63,740 nucleotides of DNA, filler included, from Octopus bimaculoides (GCF_001194135.2; 6 parts of 5 records of this genome joined end to end with filler, not necessarily neighbours in it); one strand, 5' to 3'. Positions 1-13,795 are shown, numbered from the whole stretch's first letter. Numbers and translations: made by a program. Notes: generated from the letters alone by a model not told the origin.

Positions 1-210
1 TATATATATATATATATATGTATATATATAGACACAGATATGGATGAGTATTTGTTTATGAAAGCATGTGTGTGTGTGTAAAACTAGAATCGCATATAAA
101 AGTATACTGGGATATATATATGGTTTACGCACATATGTTTACATGCATCATAACATATATGCAATGGTATACACATACATATACATACATACACATATAT
201 ACTTGCACAA

Positions 211-251
<41 letters not shown>

Positions 252-651
252 TGGAGATGTTATTACAAAAGGTCAGGATAAATAATGTGATGTCAATTAA
301 GGTGTACGAATGTATGAATATATAATTATATGCATTAGATATAGTGTGTATATATAACGGACATATATAACGTACCCCCAGACACCTCTTTCGATGTCTC
401 CACAATACTCTATCTGTATCTCTTATTGCACATACAGACATAGACACACACACACGTAGGCACGCTCATAGACTTAGACCCTTACACGTATAGGTACCTA
501 TACAAATACATATATATAAATCAAGGCTAATGCACACTTTTATGCGCACCAGTAATTAGCTGGAATTCTATGGCCCTCACACGGACACACACACAAACGC
601 ATATATATATATATGCGTTTGTGTGTGTGTCTATGTATGAGTAAATGGACA

Positions 652-686
<35 letters not shown>

Positions 687-1078
687 NNNNNNNNNNNNNN
701 NNNNNNNNNNNNNNNNNNNNNNNNNNNNNNNNNNNNNNNNNNNNNNNNNNNNNNNNNNNNNNNNNNNNNNNNNNNNNNNNNNNNNNNNNNNNNNNNNNNN
801 NNNNNNNNNNNNNNNNNNNNNNNNNNNNNNNNNNNNNNNNNNNNNNNNNNNNNNNNNNNNNNNNNNNNNNNNNNNNNNNNNNNNNNNNNNNNNNNNNNNN
901 NNNNNNNNNNNNNNNNNNNNNNNNNNNNNNNNNNNNNNNNNNNNNNNNNNNNNNNNNNNNNNNNNNNNNNNNNNNNNNNNNNNNNNNNNNNNNNNNNNNN
1001 NNNNNNNNNNNNNNNNNNNNNNNNNNNNNNNNNNNNNNNNNNNNNNNNNNNNNNNNNNNNNNNNNNNNNNNNNNNNNN

Positions 1079-1127
<49 letters not shown>

Positions 1128-1145
1128 GAGAGAGAGAGAGTGAGT
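1..1145. repeat. (TA)n/(CA)n/(GA)n microsatellite tract with gap
   Basis: Direct inspection. Confidence 0.95.
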
Positions 1146-1535
1146 GAGTCTAGCAGAGAGGAAAGAGAAATTGAAGGCAAATGAGAGACATCAGCGCCAA
1201 GAGAAAGCCTGAATGCTAACCTTTAGTTCCTACACGTAAAACAGTTCATTGACGAGGGCAGATATGTAGTAACAACAAAACTACGATTTAATTTTCCTTG
1301 GCTACTTTAGTTAAGCGAAAATGGAAATTGATGGTGTCTGTCTTCAGAAAACATTGACACATGCGCACTCTCGTACGGATGATACGGATATATGTGCGTA
1401 CAGAGAAATACGTATGCATTCAATTGTACGCGAATACTGACATAGAAATTATGTGTGATATCTGATACGAACGCATACATATCTATACACAGACACTCTC
1501 ACGCTCAAACACATATAGATATTCCTCCATATACG

Positions 1536-1575
<40 letters not shown>

Positions 1576-1916
1576 TACGTCTGTTTCTGATCATGTGTAT
1601 TTATGTATACTTATGGATATAGATATATATACATATGTAGAAAGATATATTTATATATGTATATACATATATATATACACATATGTATATATGTGTATAT
1701 GTACATATGTACTCTCAGGTATGTGGGTATAAAGAGCTACACACTAGCATAGATACACACGCAGATATATGCCTGCACGGACTTATATAATATACAGCAA
1801 TATACACATGTTTCGAAATTATTAAACAAAAGTGATTTCGTTTCAGTCCCACCTAAAACTGCATAACGTTTCATAACACAGATAAAGAGAGAGAGAGAGC
1901 GAAGGAGGAAGGGTGG

Positions 1917-1951
<35 letters not shown>

Positions 1952-2715
1952 TTCTCCATTTGTAATTATTGATTAAATATTCGTACCTTATAAAACGTCT
2001 TGCTTTCATAACACATGATACTTTACGTGTATGTCAGAACATCTATATTTCATTTGTTAGCTGAATTGTAACACGTAAAGAATCGTTACTGTTTCTAGAA
2101 TCTGGTATTTTCAAGTAAAATACATAGATAAACACGTACAGTGGATGACTGCTATTCAACTCATCCATTTGATACGCAACGCTTGCGAACGTGGAAATGA
2201 TGTTGCAGTAAGCAATTTCAATATCCTATGCAATATTTGGTCATTTTACTTCTAACAATTGCCCATATTATTGAAACATCGAGCATTGCTACGCTTGCAT
2301 TTTGCTGATTTTACTTTAAGGATCGGTGAATAAAGTGCTCCAATTCTTCATTTCTACAGTTGTGGGCTAAAGTTTGTAGTTATGCTATGCCTACACTTCT
2401 CAGGATCCCGTTGATGTCTTTGTATTAGTGAATTAACATCTGTGTTGGAGAACATAATGTTTAGTTTTGTTTGACAAAACTTTAGCTGACATACATGACT
2501 GGAGACCATCTGAATACTGGAAACGAATTATAAGGATGATGATGATTCATGTCGGGTATCAAAAGTCTGACATTAATGACTGCTGCTCAATGCTTTGTGA
2601 ACACTTCAGACGCTGTAAGATGTGATATGGATATCGTGCATAATGAAAACTAACTGTAACGGTCCGCGCCTGTGTCTCCGTTGAGGATGACATCACGATG
2701 CCCAACCTCTCAGAA

Positions 2716-2990
2716 CGGGACATTACACTCAGTTCAGAAGCCTATGTGAAGCTGCTCAAAACCGTGGCCAAACTCTGGCTGGAGAGGGTGGCTGTTAGTT
2801 GCAGCAGGATTCGGCTCCTAGTTATATGTGAGGAAAGACACAGAAGTGGTTATCGGAAAAATTTTACTACTTCAGTAGCCCTAGTTTTTCGGCCTCCTAA
2901 TTCGTCCCAATTATAAGCCAATGGATTACGATGTACTGGGGCATAGAGGGGAAAGATACAAACTGATCTATCAGCAATACCAACACCGAA
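2716..2990 (+). mobile_element. Tc1/mariner (DD37D/maT-like) transposase C-terminal relic
   Basis: SEAYVKLLKTVAKLWLERVA, QQDSAP, KTQKWLSEKFY, PPNS, PMDY.VWG across frameshifts. Confidence 0.75.
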
Positions 2991-3032
2991 CAGGTGGCTA
3001 AAGTCAAGAATACTGCAATGAGGAGCAAACCC

Positions 3033-4380
3033 GATTGGTCTGAATGTCGATCTGCATTCGTGTTTTATCAGAACTCAGCAATGTCTCTCTTCAAATACAC
3101 ACAACTGCGCAAAATCAGTAGCTGAGACGTATTTATAAAAAAACATAAACACTATTATTGCCAAGCATAACAAAATTAGTGTAATGGAATAAGGTTAACC
3201 ACCAAGCATTAATACACTGAATATCAATAAATTATGGGTTATGAATACAGTTATATAAAACTGTGAGTCATATTGATATGCTTAATAAACAGATATTTAA
3301 TTTCGCCATGAAAGTAAGCTGTGTTTATACAGAAAAATATATTTATGTACATTAATATACTACGATGCACAGAATTTTAAGTGAATAAATTTGGTAGATT
3401 CGACTTAAGATCAAATCGACTAGACTTGCTTTTGTCTGTCATTAACGTTTCAACGGAAATAAGCAACCTTTGTGATCATAAAACTGCCCCAACTTTTCAA
3501 AATCAATCTTAGGGAGTGCAGGAATTCTCCGTACACGGAAACGAACTGTCTGGTTGTGCATGAAAATCGCGTAATTTTAACGGAAATACTTTGGTATAAT
3601 ATTTTGGCACAACGGCAGCAATTCTGAGGGAGGAGATAAATGGATTACATCACCACAAGTGCTCCACCAGTTCTTATTTTATCGACTCCGAAAAAATGAA
3701 CGTCAAAGTCGACCTCACCGGAATTTGAACTCAGAAGGTTAAGATGGATGAAGTGCTGCTGAGCTTTCATCCCGGCGTGTTAACGATTCTGCGAGCTGCC
3801 CGCCCTAAAGACTTAGGTACATTGAGATGAGAACCAAACCGACTTGCTTAGGTTTCGTGCTGTATTAATGTCTCATCAGAAATCATCATCTGCTGCGTTG
3901 AAAACTACCCAAGAGCCGATTGTCACTTACTGAAAAAACTAAAAGGTCACGTACACAGAAATATCTTACAAACTGTCTCGTTGTGTAGTCAGAACACACA
4001 GTGTTATGCAATATTGACTATCGGGGATTAGAATGACGGCCAAGCCGACTAGCTTTAGTTTCGTCACGCATTAAATTCTCGTCAGGAATCTACAAACTCT
4101 GCGCTGAAGAACTACACAGTTACGCAAAATCAGTCGATGAGACGCATTTATAAAAATATAAACAACATTTTTACAAAGGCATAACAAAATTAGCGTAATG
4201 GAACAAGGTTAACGATCGGGCATTAATGAGCACGATATCAATCAACGATGAGATATGAATACATTTATATAACACGGGGAGCTATATTGATATGTTTAAT
4301 AAACAGAGATTTAATTTCGCTGTGAAAGCAAGCCCCTGTGTTTATACATCACAATATATTCATTTATGTACATTAATATA
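3033..4380 (-). repeat. Decayed array of three hammerhead-core repeats; two carry a shared ~270-bp AT-rich module
   Basis: The minus-strand motif CTGANGA-16nt-GAAAC-8nt-GTC-GG occurs with identical spacing at 4047-4085, 3841-3879 and (more degraded) 3033-3071. About 3100-3360 and 4115-4380 are direct repeats at an offset of about 1015. Confidence 0.65.
3602..3805 (-). mobile_element. tRNA-derived SINE family A (~210 bp)
   Basis: Head GGCGG..AGCT.GCAGAATCGTTA, B-box GAGTTCAAATTCC, body GTCGACTT.G.CTTTCAT. Confidence 0.85.
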
Positions 4381-4706
4381 TTCTGCTGCATTGCCATTCA
4401 AGAATTTAGATAATCTCTTTACAGATTCATCCAAATAATTACCATTATTTGTATGAATGTTTCTGTCTGCTGAGTCCATAATGTGTATACACGAAGAATC
4501 CACTAATATCGATAAGAGGGATTGTTCTCCGCTTAATATAGTCATAATATACGGCTCCTACATAAGCAATCTGCATGTTATGTATATACGTATATATGTA
4601 TATACAGAGCGAAGAGGCGCTAATTCGATGCCGCAATGAATAAATGTAAATCTGAAACCATTCATTATACAATATGTTATACATACATATAAATACATAT
4701 AAATAC

Positions 4707-4755
<49 letters not shown>

Positions 4756-4868
4756 AATATGGATACAGATATATATACATATATACATATAAATACACAC
4801 ACACACACATATATATTTGTATAAATAAATATGCATATATATGTATATTACACGTATTTGTATATATG

Positions 4869-4899
<31 letters not shown>

Positions 4900-4924
4900 T
4901 CACATACATGTCTATCACATTATT

Positions 4925-5035
4925 ATTCGCATCGTGCTCAACATCCGGTGGCCTGTAGACAATCAGGGCGACATTAGTGTGTCGCATTACGAAGATCCTA
5001 GAATAAGTGTTTGTCCATCTACATAAGGAGTCGAA
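4925..5035 (-). mobile_element. Tiny APE endonuclease relic
   Basis: CDTL and LIVYRPPD in adjacent frames, in the same order as the fragment at 16017-16398. Confidence 0.4.
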
Positions 5036-5697
5036 TTCATGACCTTAAGATTTTCTCTCTCTATAGTCAGTCAACTCCTCCAAACGCTTTTACAGATACA
5101 TAAGCACATATATGCATACAAGCATGCGTTTATGCATACACACATGTACACATACATACATATACATACATGCGTAAATATATATATACATACATGTATA
5201 TTTCAAATAGAAACAAAGTACGGTTGAGTATGCGACAGCGTTCTTTTATATCAAGAGAATGCAGATTGTAGATATTACTTAAATAGTTGTATAATTGCAA
5301 ATTATTACTCATAGCAACCTCAATTAACATAAAGGCATACTTAAATAACTAGTGAACATCAGATTGCTAGTGGAAGGTAATTAGAGGGATCGAAGTTATC
5401 CAGTTACCTACATAGATTTATTCATAAGTCCAAGGGCATTGTTTCCCACGAAAAAGAACAAACACATTGAGATAGTTATATTGCAACTGAAAATATAGAT
5501 TTCATGTCCACGATCAACACCTATAGTTAAAGAACGTCCGTTTAAATTTTCTTTGCAAAGATTTTTTTCAAAGTTCGTACCAGCAGACAGAAACAAAATA
5601 CATTCGTTAACAGATATACAGTGTACTGTTACAAATATCTATCTATCTATCTATCTGTCTCTGTCTCTCTCACTCTTTATATATATATATATATATG

Positions 5698-5872
5698 TGG
5701 GCATCGGTACCATTTTCCTCTTTCTCCGTTCTTCCATTCTCCGAACTTTCCATCTTTCCGACGAAGGGGTACGCCCGAAACGTCATACACTCTCTCTTTC
5801 CTTTCCTGAGCGTCCAATAATACTATCCATATCACGTCCTCACTTTGTTTTTTTGTTATTGTTTTTTTGAAC
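5698..5872 (+). mobile_element. PLE pseudo-LTR-like repeat with a decayed minimal hammerhead (copy 1)
   Basis: CCGACGA-A-GGG(GTACG)CCC-GAAACGTC at 5758-5784. Flanks are shared with 48905-49112 (gaactttcc...gaaacgtcatac..ctctctctttcctttcc.gagcgtc.a.taa.actat...atcacgtcctcac). Confidence 0.6.
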
Positions 5873-5904
<32 letters not shown>

Positions 5905-6048
5905 ACTCACCCGTCGTTGGACGACGTTCGACAATTTCTTAGCGAATAGCCACGCAGACGATGTTCTGACAGTGGTCATATGTTTGTGTAGACATAAGCT
6001 CACTNNNNNNNNNNNNNNNNNNNNNNNNNNNNNNNNNNNNNNNNNNNN

Positions 6049-6060
6049 TTAATTAATTAA
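6049..6060. other. Artificial assembly spacer TTAATTAATTAA centred in a 100-bp N gap (also 15960-15971, 39131-39142, 49785-49796, 58907-58918)
   Basis: 44 N + 12-mer + 44 N at each site; the palindrome has stop codons in all six frames. Confidence 0.95.
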
Positions 6061-6649
6061 NNNNNNNNNNNNNNNNNNNNNNNNNNNNNNNNNNNNNNNN
6101 NNNNACGAACATTCCAACTTTTTCGGGTGTTAGTTAACGAGAACGACAAATAGTATTGTGCCCTACATACTTAAGATGGTAGAATGTAACGGGCTATTCC
6201 TTCTAGGATGTCGAGTGATCACGTAGAGGAGACTTCCTTTTGGGTTCGAGATAAAAAGAATCAAAATGTCTCGGCTTGCTTTGCTTTTGGATTTGCGTGC
6301 TGAGGTTGGATATGTTGCGCGTAATGCAGGGTGTATAAAACGGAGATAGCGTCCAGAGTTACGAATGGCGCGCGCGCGTATGTGTGTGTGGTGAGGTGGA
6401 GGTGGAGGCCTCCACTCAGCGAGTTTAGCTTCGAAAAAGTTTTAGAGATATGCTTTTAATCTGATTTTCATTCTATACATTGCAGTATGGGGAAATCCAG
6501 TTATCGAATTGCAAAAAAATGGTTATGAGATTTGGGACTCATGTTGCTATTGTAACTAGAGTAGAATATTAAGTGGAATGACAATATGTAAGAGTATTGG
6601 ATAGGGCACTGGCACGGTCAACAGGGTCATCAAGTCGTTTTGTTCTTGG

Positions 6650-6839
6650 GTAACACAAACAGACACACACAGTCAGACAGACAGACAGACACACACACAC
6701 ACAGACACAGATACAGACACAGATACAGACACAGACAGACAGACAGACAGGCAGACACACAGACACAGACACATACAGACACACACACAGACAGACATGC
6801 AGACACACAGACACAGACACAGACAGACAGACAGGCACA

Positions 6840-6930
<91 letters not shown>
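6650..6930. repeat. (CAGA)n/(CA)n microsatellite
   Basis: Direct inspection. Confidence 0.95.
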
Positions 6931-6931
<1 letters not shown>

Positions 6932-7583
6932 ATGCGTCTATCTTTCAACCTGTCTGTCTTTTTTGTTTGTTGTGCTTTAGTTAATTAAATCTCTTGGCTC
7001 ATGTAGCACCCTTTTATAGACTTCGTCGTCAAATAGTAAAATAGAATTGCCGAAATCGTTAGAGAGTTGGATAGAAAGCCTCACAGAATTTCGTCTTCCA
7101 CTTTCTATGGCTCTGAAGTCAAACGTTGCTGATGTCAACACAAGCCTTTCATCTTCTTGGGGCTGATAATAAGTACTAATAACAGTTCGGTAGATTATAA
7201 GAAAGTTGGATTGGATACCTTGCGGTAATTGTTTCGGTTCCTTGCGTTTTGTGCTGAAATCCCACAGTAGCTTACTTGAACGGTATTTACTTATTTCGTC
7301 GCTCTGTTTGGCACGCTTATCTGGCACCTCGAATACCTCTAGCGGAGTCCACCCTGCTGCAAGCACTTCAATTTCTGTAGCCCTGTGATTGTCCACTTTA
7401 GAAAAGGAGCAGAATATCTCTATACTGGTATAAATTGCTTCGATAACATTACTCCCAGTTAGTTTTGTTACAAGGTGCCTTCCTTGCTCTTATATTTTTT
7501 TTTAGACTTTCTCTCTCATTTCTATTTTCATCTCATCATTCTTCTGCAGCATTTCTTGTTGCTTGTACTTAAAGTTAAAAACA

Positions 7584-8017
7584 ATTATTATTATTATTGT
7601 TCAGTAGTTTTATTTTTATAACGTGCTTTCACTTCACTACCGAGCGCAGCTCTGCGTGCCTTGGGTATGTGCTGTGGTTTGCTGTGATGCTCTTATGGTT
7701 ACTGTATTGAAAGTGTTTTGCGTAGGATGTGTGCAATGCCCAGTAGTGCAATTTTCNNNNNNNNNNTATGGTTACTGTATTGAAAGTGTTTTGCGTAGGA
7801 TGTGTGCAATGCCCAGTAGTGCAATTTTCTGTATGTTATATATATTTGTAAGTCCTGGTGTTTTTGTTATGTATTTCTCTGAATATTTTTTTATTATACC
7901 TAAGGTGCCCACTATGATAGGAATTGTTTCTGTTTTTAGATTCCGCGTTCGAGTTACCACTATTTCCAGGTCTTTGTATTTTGAAAGTTTCGCCATTTCT
8001 TTTAGGGAAACGTTGTC

Positions 8018-8019
<2 letters not shown>
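7584..8019 (-). mobile_element. 5'-truncated R4/Dong copy flanked by (TAA)n on both sides
   Basis: MAKLSKYKDLEIVVTR...LRKTLSIQ* with the same 3' UTR as 59199-59295. (ATT)n tail at 7584-7598 and (ATT)n immediately beyond the 5' end at 8018. Confidence 0.9.
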
Positions 8020-8269
<250 letters not shown>

Positions 8270-8795
8270 ACCTTGATTTCTGGTCTTTTTCCTGTGCTAA
8301 AAGCAATTGACAGGATCGGTAAATAGCTGATCTGATTTCGAATCTTTCCGCAAACGATTTTGCCTTACATTCTTCCGTGGATCGATAAAATAGGTATTGA
8401 AACCAGCCAAGTCCTAGAATCTATGCAATCTTTAAATGATTGGCATTGTTCATACTTCAACAATCATCGCTGTTGTTGTTACTGTTGTTTTAGTTTTATG
8501 GTTTCTTTATGATGATATTACCCTACTTTAACTTGAGTCTTGCACATAAAAATACCTCCCCTACCTTCTGTAACATACATTAAATCCCTTTCAAATGAAA
8601 TATACCCCTGCAATATGCCTATTTTAAAATTCAATTCGAATGACGTGCTAACAAGCTGCTAGCGACAAGCTATAAAACCCGATGCATTTTATTGCTCGCG
8701 CACGCACCTAATGCATGTCTGTAACGGAAGAGAAATGTGTTGTCTTCAGTAAAATAATGGAAAGGGTCCAAGAAAGGTGGAAGGAAAGAGTGTGA

Positions 8796-8847
<52 letters not shown>

Positions 8848-8899
8848 AAAGAAAGAGAGGGAAAAAGAGATAGACGGGAAGTAACACAGAAAACGGTGG

Positions 8900-8933
<34 letters not shown>

Positions 8934-10726
8934 GGTGGTGGTGGTGGTAGTGGTGGATGATGAATGTTGTGGCATTATGGAAGTAAGCGCGGCGGGTGGC
9001 TTTCAAGGCAATAAATCGTCATCAAATATTTAACTGCAAGCATGAAAGGCCAGAAAGGGAGTGAAAACGGGGTCGACATGTATATGTTATTTTTATGGTG
9101 TGATGTTGTGGAGTAATGCTGGGACTCGATTGGAGGTAGTTAGATAGGGGAAGTGGAAGTAGTAGTTATGGGTAGTGGGTGATTGACTGGCTGGTGGATA
9201 CTAATGAGAGGTGGTCATGGACAGAGTGGAAGTTGTTTGATAAAACGGAACATGGTGCTCTTTGCAGTAGAATGAGAAAACAAACAGTATTGGTGGCGGT
9301 TCTAGTGTAGCAGCAGTGTGGAAATTACGGTAGTAGAGGTGATAGGCGATAGTGGTGATGATAAGGAAGAATCCGACGGAGAAGTGGCGAGTTTGATGAT
9401 AGTAGTTACGATGATGATGGTGATGCTGGTGGTTGTGATATTCGCGTTGTTGACGATGATGATGATGATGGTGGTGGTGAGATGGGAGTGGCGATGGTGG
9501 TGTTGGTGATGAAGATGATGGTGGTATAGTGGGCTTGATGTTGTTGCTGTTGGCTACTGATGGTAGAAGTAATTTTTCACTGTTGTTTAATCCTATGTCA
9601 ATCCTGATCAAGTAGAACTACGATCAAAGGCGTCCCAGTCACGTGTCTTCTTTGTATGTCTAGGACTATTACTGCACAAAATATCTTTCTTTTTCAGGAT
9701 GGTAGAGTGCGATTTGTGAGAGAGTTGGTTACTGTGAATATGAATCAATGTTTCCGCCTATTGATGGAGAAATTAGTGCATCAATAGATACGTTCTACGT
9801 CTAGTCACTACAGAGTAGGTTTGTACTTGACATCGATAAAATCGTCGCGATTACGTAGTCGTTAATACATTGTCCAGAACTGTTCTGCTCTCCGTTTGCT
9901 CTAAAGAAGAGCATACATTTTAAAAATTCTTTTTACTTCCATCAAAAATATTGGCAAGGAATTGGCAGAACGTCGGAAAAAATGCTTTGCTCTATTTCTT
10001 CGGGTTCTCTATTTTCTGAGTTTAAATCTTGCCGCGGTCGTCAGCATTGCTTTTCATCTCACCAGGGTCTATAAAATAAAGCCCTAGCCTCGTACTGTGT
10101 TCGATGTTACCGACTAATACTTCGCCTAAAAACTGCTGGCCCTGTACCTGTATTAGAAGCCATTATTATTTTTTAAAAATATAGCAACAATAGCTATCTT
10201 TAAGTACGAAAATATCGCTTTTCAATAAAGTTCCCTTGATTTTCAATACACTTAACCCGTCATTGTAGAAACTTCTTTATGTGCTTTCCACAGAGAGACG
10301 AGCACTGTATGCACCGTGACAAATAGATGGCCTCTTAAAGTATTTTTGACTAGAACTAGCAGGTGGTATTGCCAAGAAGTAAAGCCAGGATTATATGAAA
10401 GGCGCTTCAATACTTTAAATTTCATTTTCTGGAAGATTTCCACAGTGAGTAACAGTTTGGGGACAGTATTTATTGCAGATAAATAACGAGTCATTCTAAT
10501 AGTCTGTCAGATGTCATCGCAGAGGCTCCCACTCTTTTTAAAGGTGTGGTTAAATTTGAATGTGCCTCTATTGACAGGCAAGGTTTACTTTATCGATCCA
10601 CCAAAACAGTTACTCAGATTATCTTCACCAATGGCCAGAATTGCTCCGCAGTCATCGTCTTTCATATACTCCACTAACGATCTGTAGAATACGACAGTCA
10701 GCTTTCTGCCGACAAGTAATAATGGT

Positions 10727-10923
10727 TTCAAATTTTGGCAAAAGGCTAGCAATTTCAGGAGAAGGGGTAAGTCGATTACATCGACTCCAGTGTTCAACTG
10801 GTACTTATTTTATCGACCTCGAAAAGATGAAAGGCAAAGTCGACCTCGGCGGAATTTGAACTCAGAACGTAGCGACGGGCTAAGTATTTTGTCCGGCGTG
10901 CTAACGATTCTGTCAGCTCACCG
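10727..10923 (-). mobile_element. SINE family A
   Basis: Near-consensus copy. Confidence 0.9.
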
Positions 10924-11444
10924 AGGGGCACAGCACAAGGACAACAATTTGTGTGGGGATTTACATAAAGAATGGAGAGAAAGAAATGGGAAAGACGGTG
11001 AAATGCGATAAAAGTATACATAGTATGTGATAATATGATTATTGCAGTTCTCCCGATACAGGAGAAGCTCCAACTAGAGCTAATCAAGAAAGCCTACAAA
11101 TTCAAGGTTACCTTAATTAGCAAAGGCACGAGCTCTTTCTCGTGCTCTCCAATCTACATGTACCTATCCAGAGCAGGTCCGTTCTCTTTAATAATTTCTT
11201 CCAAAGTCATCCATCTTTTCACAATTCACTGGGAGACAGTACCTTCCCCTTCATCCACACTCTCCTTTCCAAGTGGGACTTAAAAATGTCGATGCTAGGT
11301 TGAACGAAGAGGAAAGTGTCCTTCCTTAATCCTTTAAGCCTCGTCCATCACACAACCTTATTTGTCATAGACAGAGGAACACGGCGTACCCTGCCTGTTA
11401 AAGGTGGGTGGTGGAGCGATCCTAATAGTTGTTAATGAATTAAG

Positions 11445-11830
11445 CACACATCCGGCAATTTCAAGGGGAGAGGGCTAGCCCTTTAAATTGATCCCAATAC
11501 TGCGTTGGTTCTTTACTTTATCGACCCTACAGAGATGTAAGGTGAAGTTGATCTCGGTGGGATGATCAGCAAAAATACTGCCAGGCATTTTGTTCGATAC
11601 AATCGACTCTACTCATCCATCATTCTTTAATTCTATTTTAGGTACAAGGTCCGGCAATTTGGGGTGCTAACCGATTAAGTCCAGTACTTCAATAGTACTC
11701 TATTTTTCGAGCCAGGAGGTTGAAAAGCAGAGTTATGTGAGCATGATTTGAACTTACGGCGTAAAGACCTGTAAGTAACTACTGTAAGGTATTGTCCGAT
11801 GTTTTAGTGATTCTGCTAGTCCACCACCAC
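11445..11830 (-). mobile_element. Two tandem degraded SINE family A copies (about 11445-11615 and 11633-11830)
   Basis: Recognisable ttatcgac/gatttgaact/gattctgc motifs, in order, twice. Confidence 0.6.
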
Positions 11831-12379
11831 CAATAATAATAAATGCAACTATGCTAGAAGTGATCATGACTAAAACCCCAACAACTCCACACATCAATCA
11901 AAACCACCTTGGAAAATGCGAGCAGTCAGAAAAGAGAGTTAAATACTAAGTGTTATAAGAATTTAAAGAAAGAAATCAATATAGTCCGAAGTAAAGGAAG
12001 GAAAAAATACTAAATAGTTGAAATATGGCTCTTCACTCATATGGGAATTGTCAAAAACAGAGTAGTAGACATTGTAGCCAATGGAACAAGCAGACAAGAA
12101 TAGCTCGCTCCAGCATTTGTTCATTTGCAGATTAATCTCAACCAGCATGAAGGAAGACTATACCCATTGCGTGATTACTGTATTGACTTGCTAGAAATAG
12201 CAGCAAACTGCGGTTAAATCGCTTTGAGGAAACACCCGTCAGTTTGAAATGAAAAGAGAGAAAAGAGATGGGAAGGATACATTTATAATGTAGTCCTGGA
12301 ACACTACGTTTGAAAGCTAAAGGAGTGGTTGGTCATGGTTTGAACGCTTTTGATCATAATATTATGGAGTGCCTTTAAT

Positions 12380-12522
12380 GTTATTAAGAATTGTATAAAA
12401 ATTGTTAAAATATTTTGTGTATATATTGTAGAAGTATAACCAGTTTTATGGCAAATAAATTTAAATGACAAAATCTTATATGGATCTCTAAGCGCCATAT
12501 GGACCCCGGTTGGGAACCACTG
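12380..12522. mobile_element. hAT-Charlie end fragment
   Basis: GGACCCCGGTTGGGAACCACTG followed by GTCTAGAC (Charlie NTCTAGAN target). The other end is not seen. Confidence 0.6.
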
Positions 12523-13604
12523 GTCTAGACACTCATTTGTTCATTAAACACAAGGGTATCAGAAGAAAATGGTTACAACTTGGCTGTAATCTTCCAGTAC
12601 AGTGGTTCATTTTGTGTAGCAGTGGTAGAAACGACTCAATGAGGAAGTGTCTACATAGTCGCTTGAACTGCAAGAACCAGAAAAGAAATTCCTTTCAAAT
12701 TGCACACTGCTGGCTTGGGAAAAGAGATATCAGATTGTAAAATGTAGTTCAATATACCTCAAGAAGGACAAGGGTGGTCATAGCTACAGTTGCTTTGATG
12801 GTAGATCTACAAATGAAGATTTACTTAAAGTTTTAAGAACCCCAACAAAAACAAAAACAAAACAACAAAAGCAATAACATGAAGTACATTATCGAAATCA
12901 AAGCAAAATGCAAGCGACTGCCGTGAAGTTGAAATATATAGTTATGTACTTTCAGTTACAATTGACAACTTCTGGCCGACACACATACTGTCATGCACAG
13001 ACGTACAATTTTTAAATGCACCTCCACATGTACATACATATACATGTGGTAGTTCAACATACACAATTCTATATTTGTGTGATATTCAAAAGATAATCGA
13101 TTAACGTACAAAACATGTACGCGTTTGCGTGTATGAAAACATATATGCACACATATAAACAGAGACATTAATGTGTGTCTGAATATAACAATTTGTACGT
13201 TTGCGTGTCTATTTGACAGAAATAAAGAAAAAACAAAAACAGAAAATGAAATGCAAATTCATTAAGAAAGATCAATATGTTGCTTATGAGTCCGGTGTGT
13301 GTATGTGTTCGCGCGTGCATATGTTCGCAAGCACACACACACACACACACACACATGCACGCATGCATGAATATGTATGTAGGTATATATTTATATAAAC
13401 ACCCACACACACTCATGCAACTGACAATATCATTGCACAGACACACAGACGTACCCACGAATATATACACGCGAACAAATACACTGATCCTCCATCGCTT
13501 GGGCTTCGGTTGTTAGTTTTTCAGATTTTCGGTCGACTGAACGCCTGCACATTGTATTTAGCATCTGTTCAGAAGACGTGTAACTTTAAGAAGCACACTC
13601 CATT

Positions 13605-13760
13605 TGACGGGCTTTCGCACAACTTCCGTCTAACCAATTTCAGTGACATGAATCCAGTCGACCCAAAGCTATTGTAGAGCACATGTGTACAAGAAACCAT
13701 GCAGTTTGAAAGAATTATGATCTCAGGATTGCATAGAGAACTTCTTTACATCTCATCCGT
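13605..13760 (-). mobile_element. SINE family B degraded 5' half
   Basis: Weak match to the family B head and body. Confidence 0.5.
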
Positions 13761-13795
13761 ATTTTGTTGCACAAGTATACGCGTTTTCATATATG

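Noticed and set aside
66-1184. ORFs rich in YI/CV/RE/HT dipeptides (also 4445-4987, 6569-6984, 49789-51574, 53122-56445, 57535-58918)
   Set aside because: Translations of dinucleotide microsatellites and N gaps.
7694-7830. Apparent 62-bp tandem duplication around an 11-N gap (similarly 18756-18871 around a 10-N gap)
   Set aside because: Identical sequence on both sides of a tiny gap is the signature of overlapping contig ends.
9201-9611. Poly-H/S/M/D/I ORFs (also 52279-52896, 56437-57260)
   Set aside because: Degenerate trinucleotide repeats give stop-free frames on several strands at once; there are no splice signals or homology.
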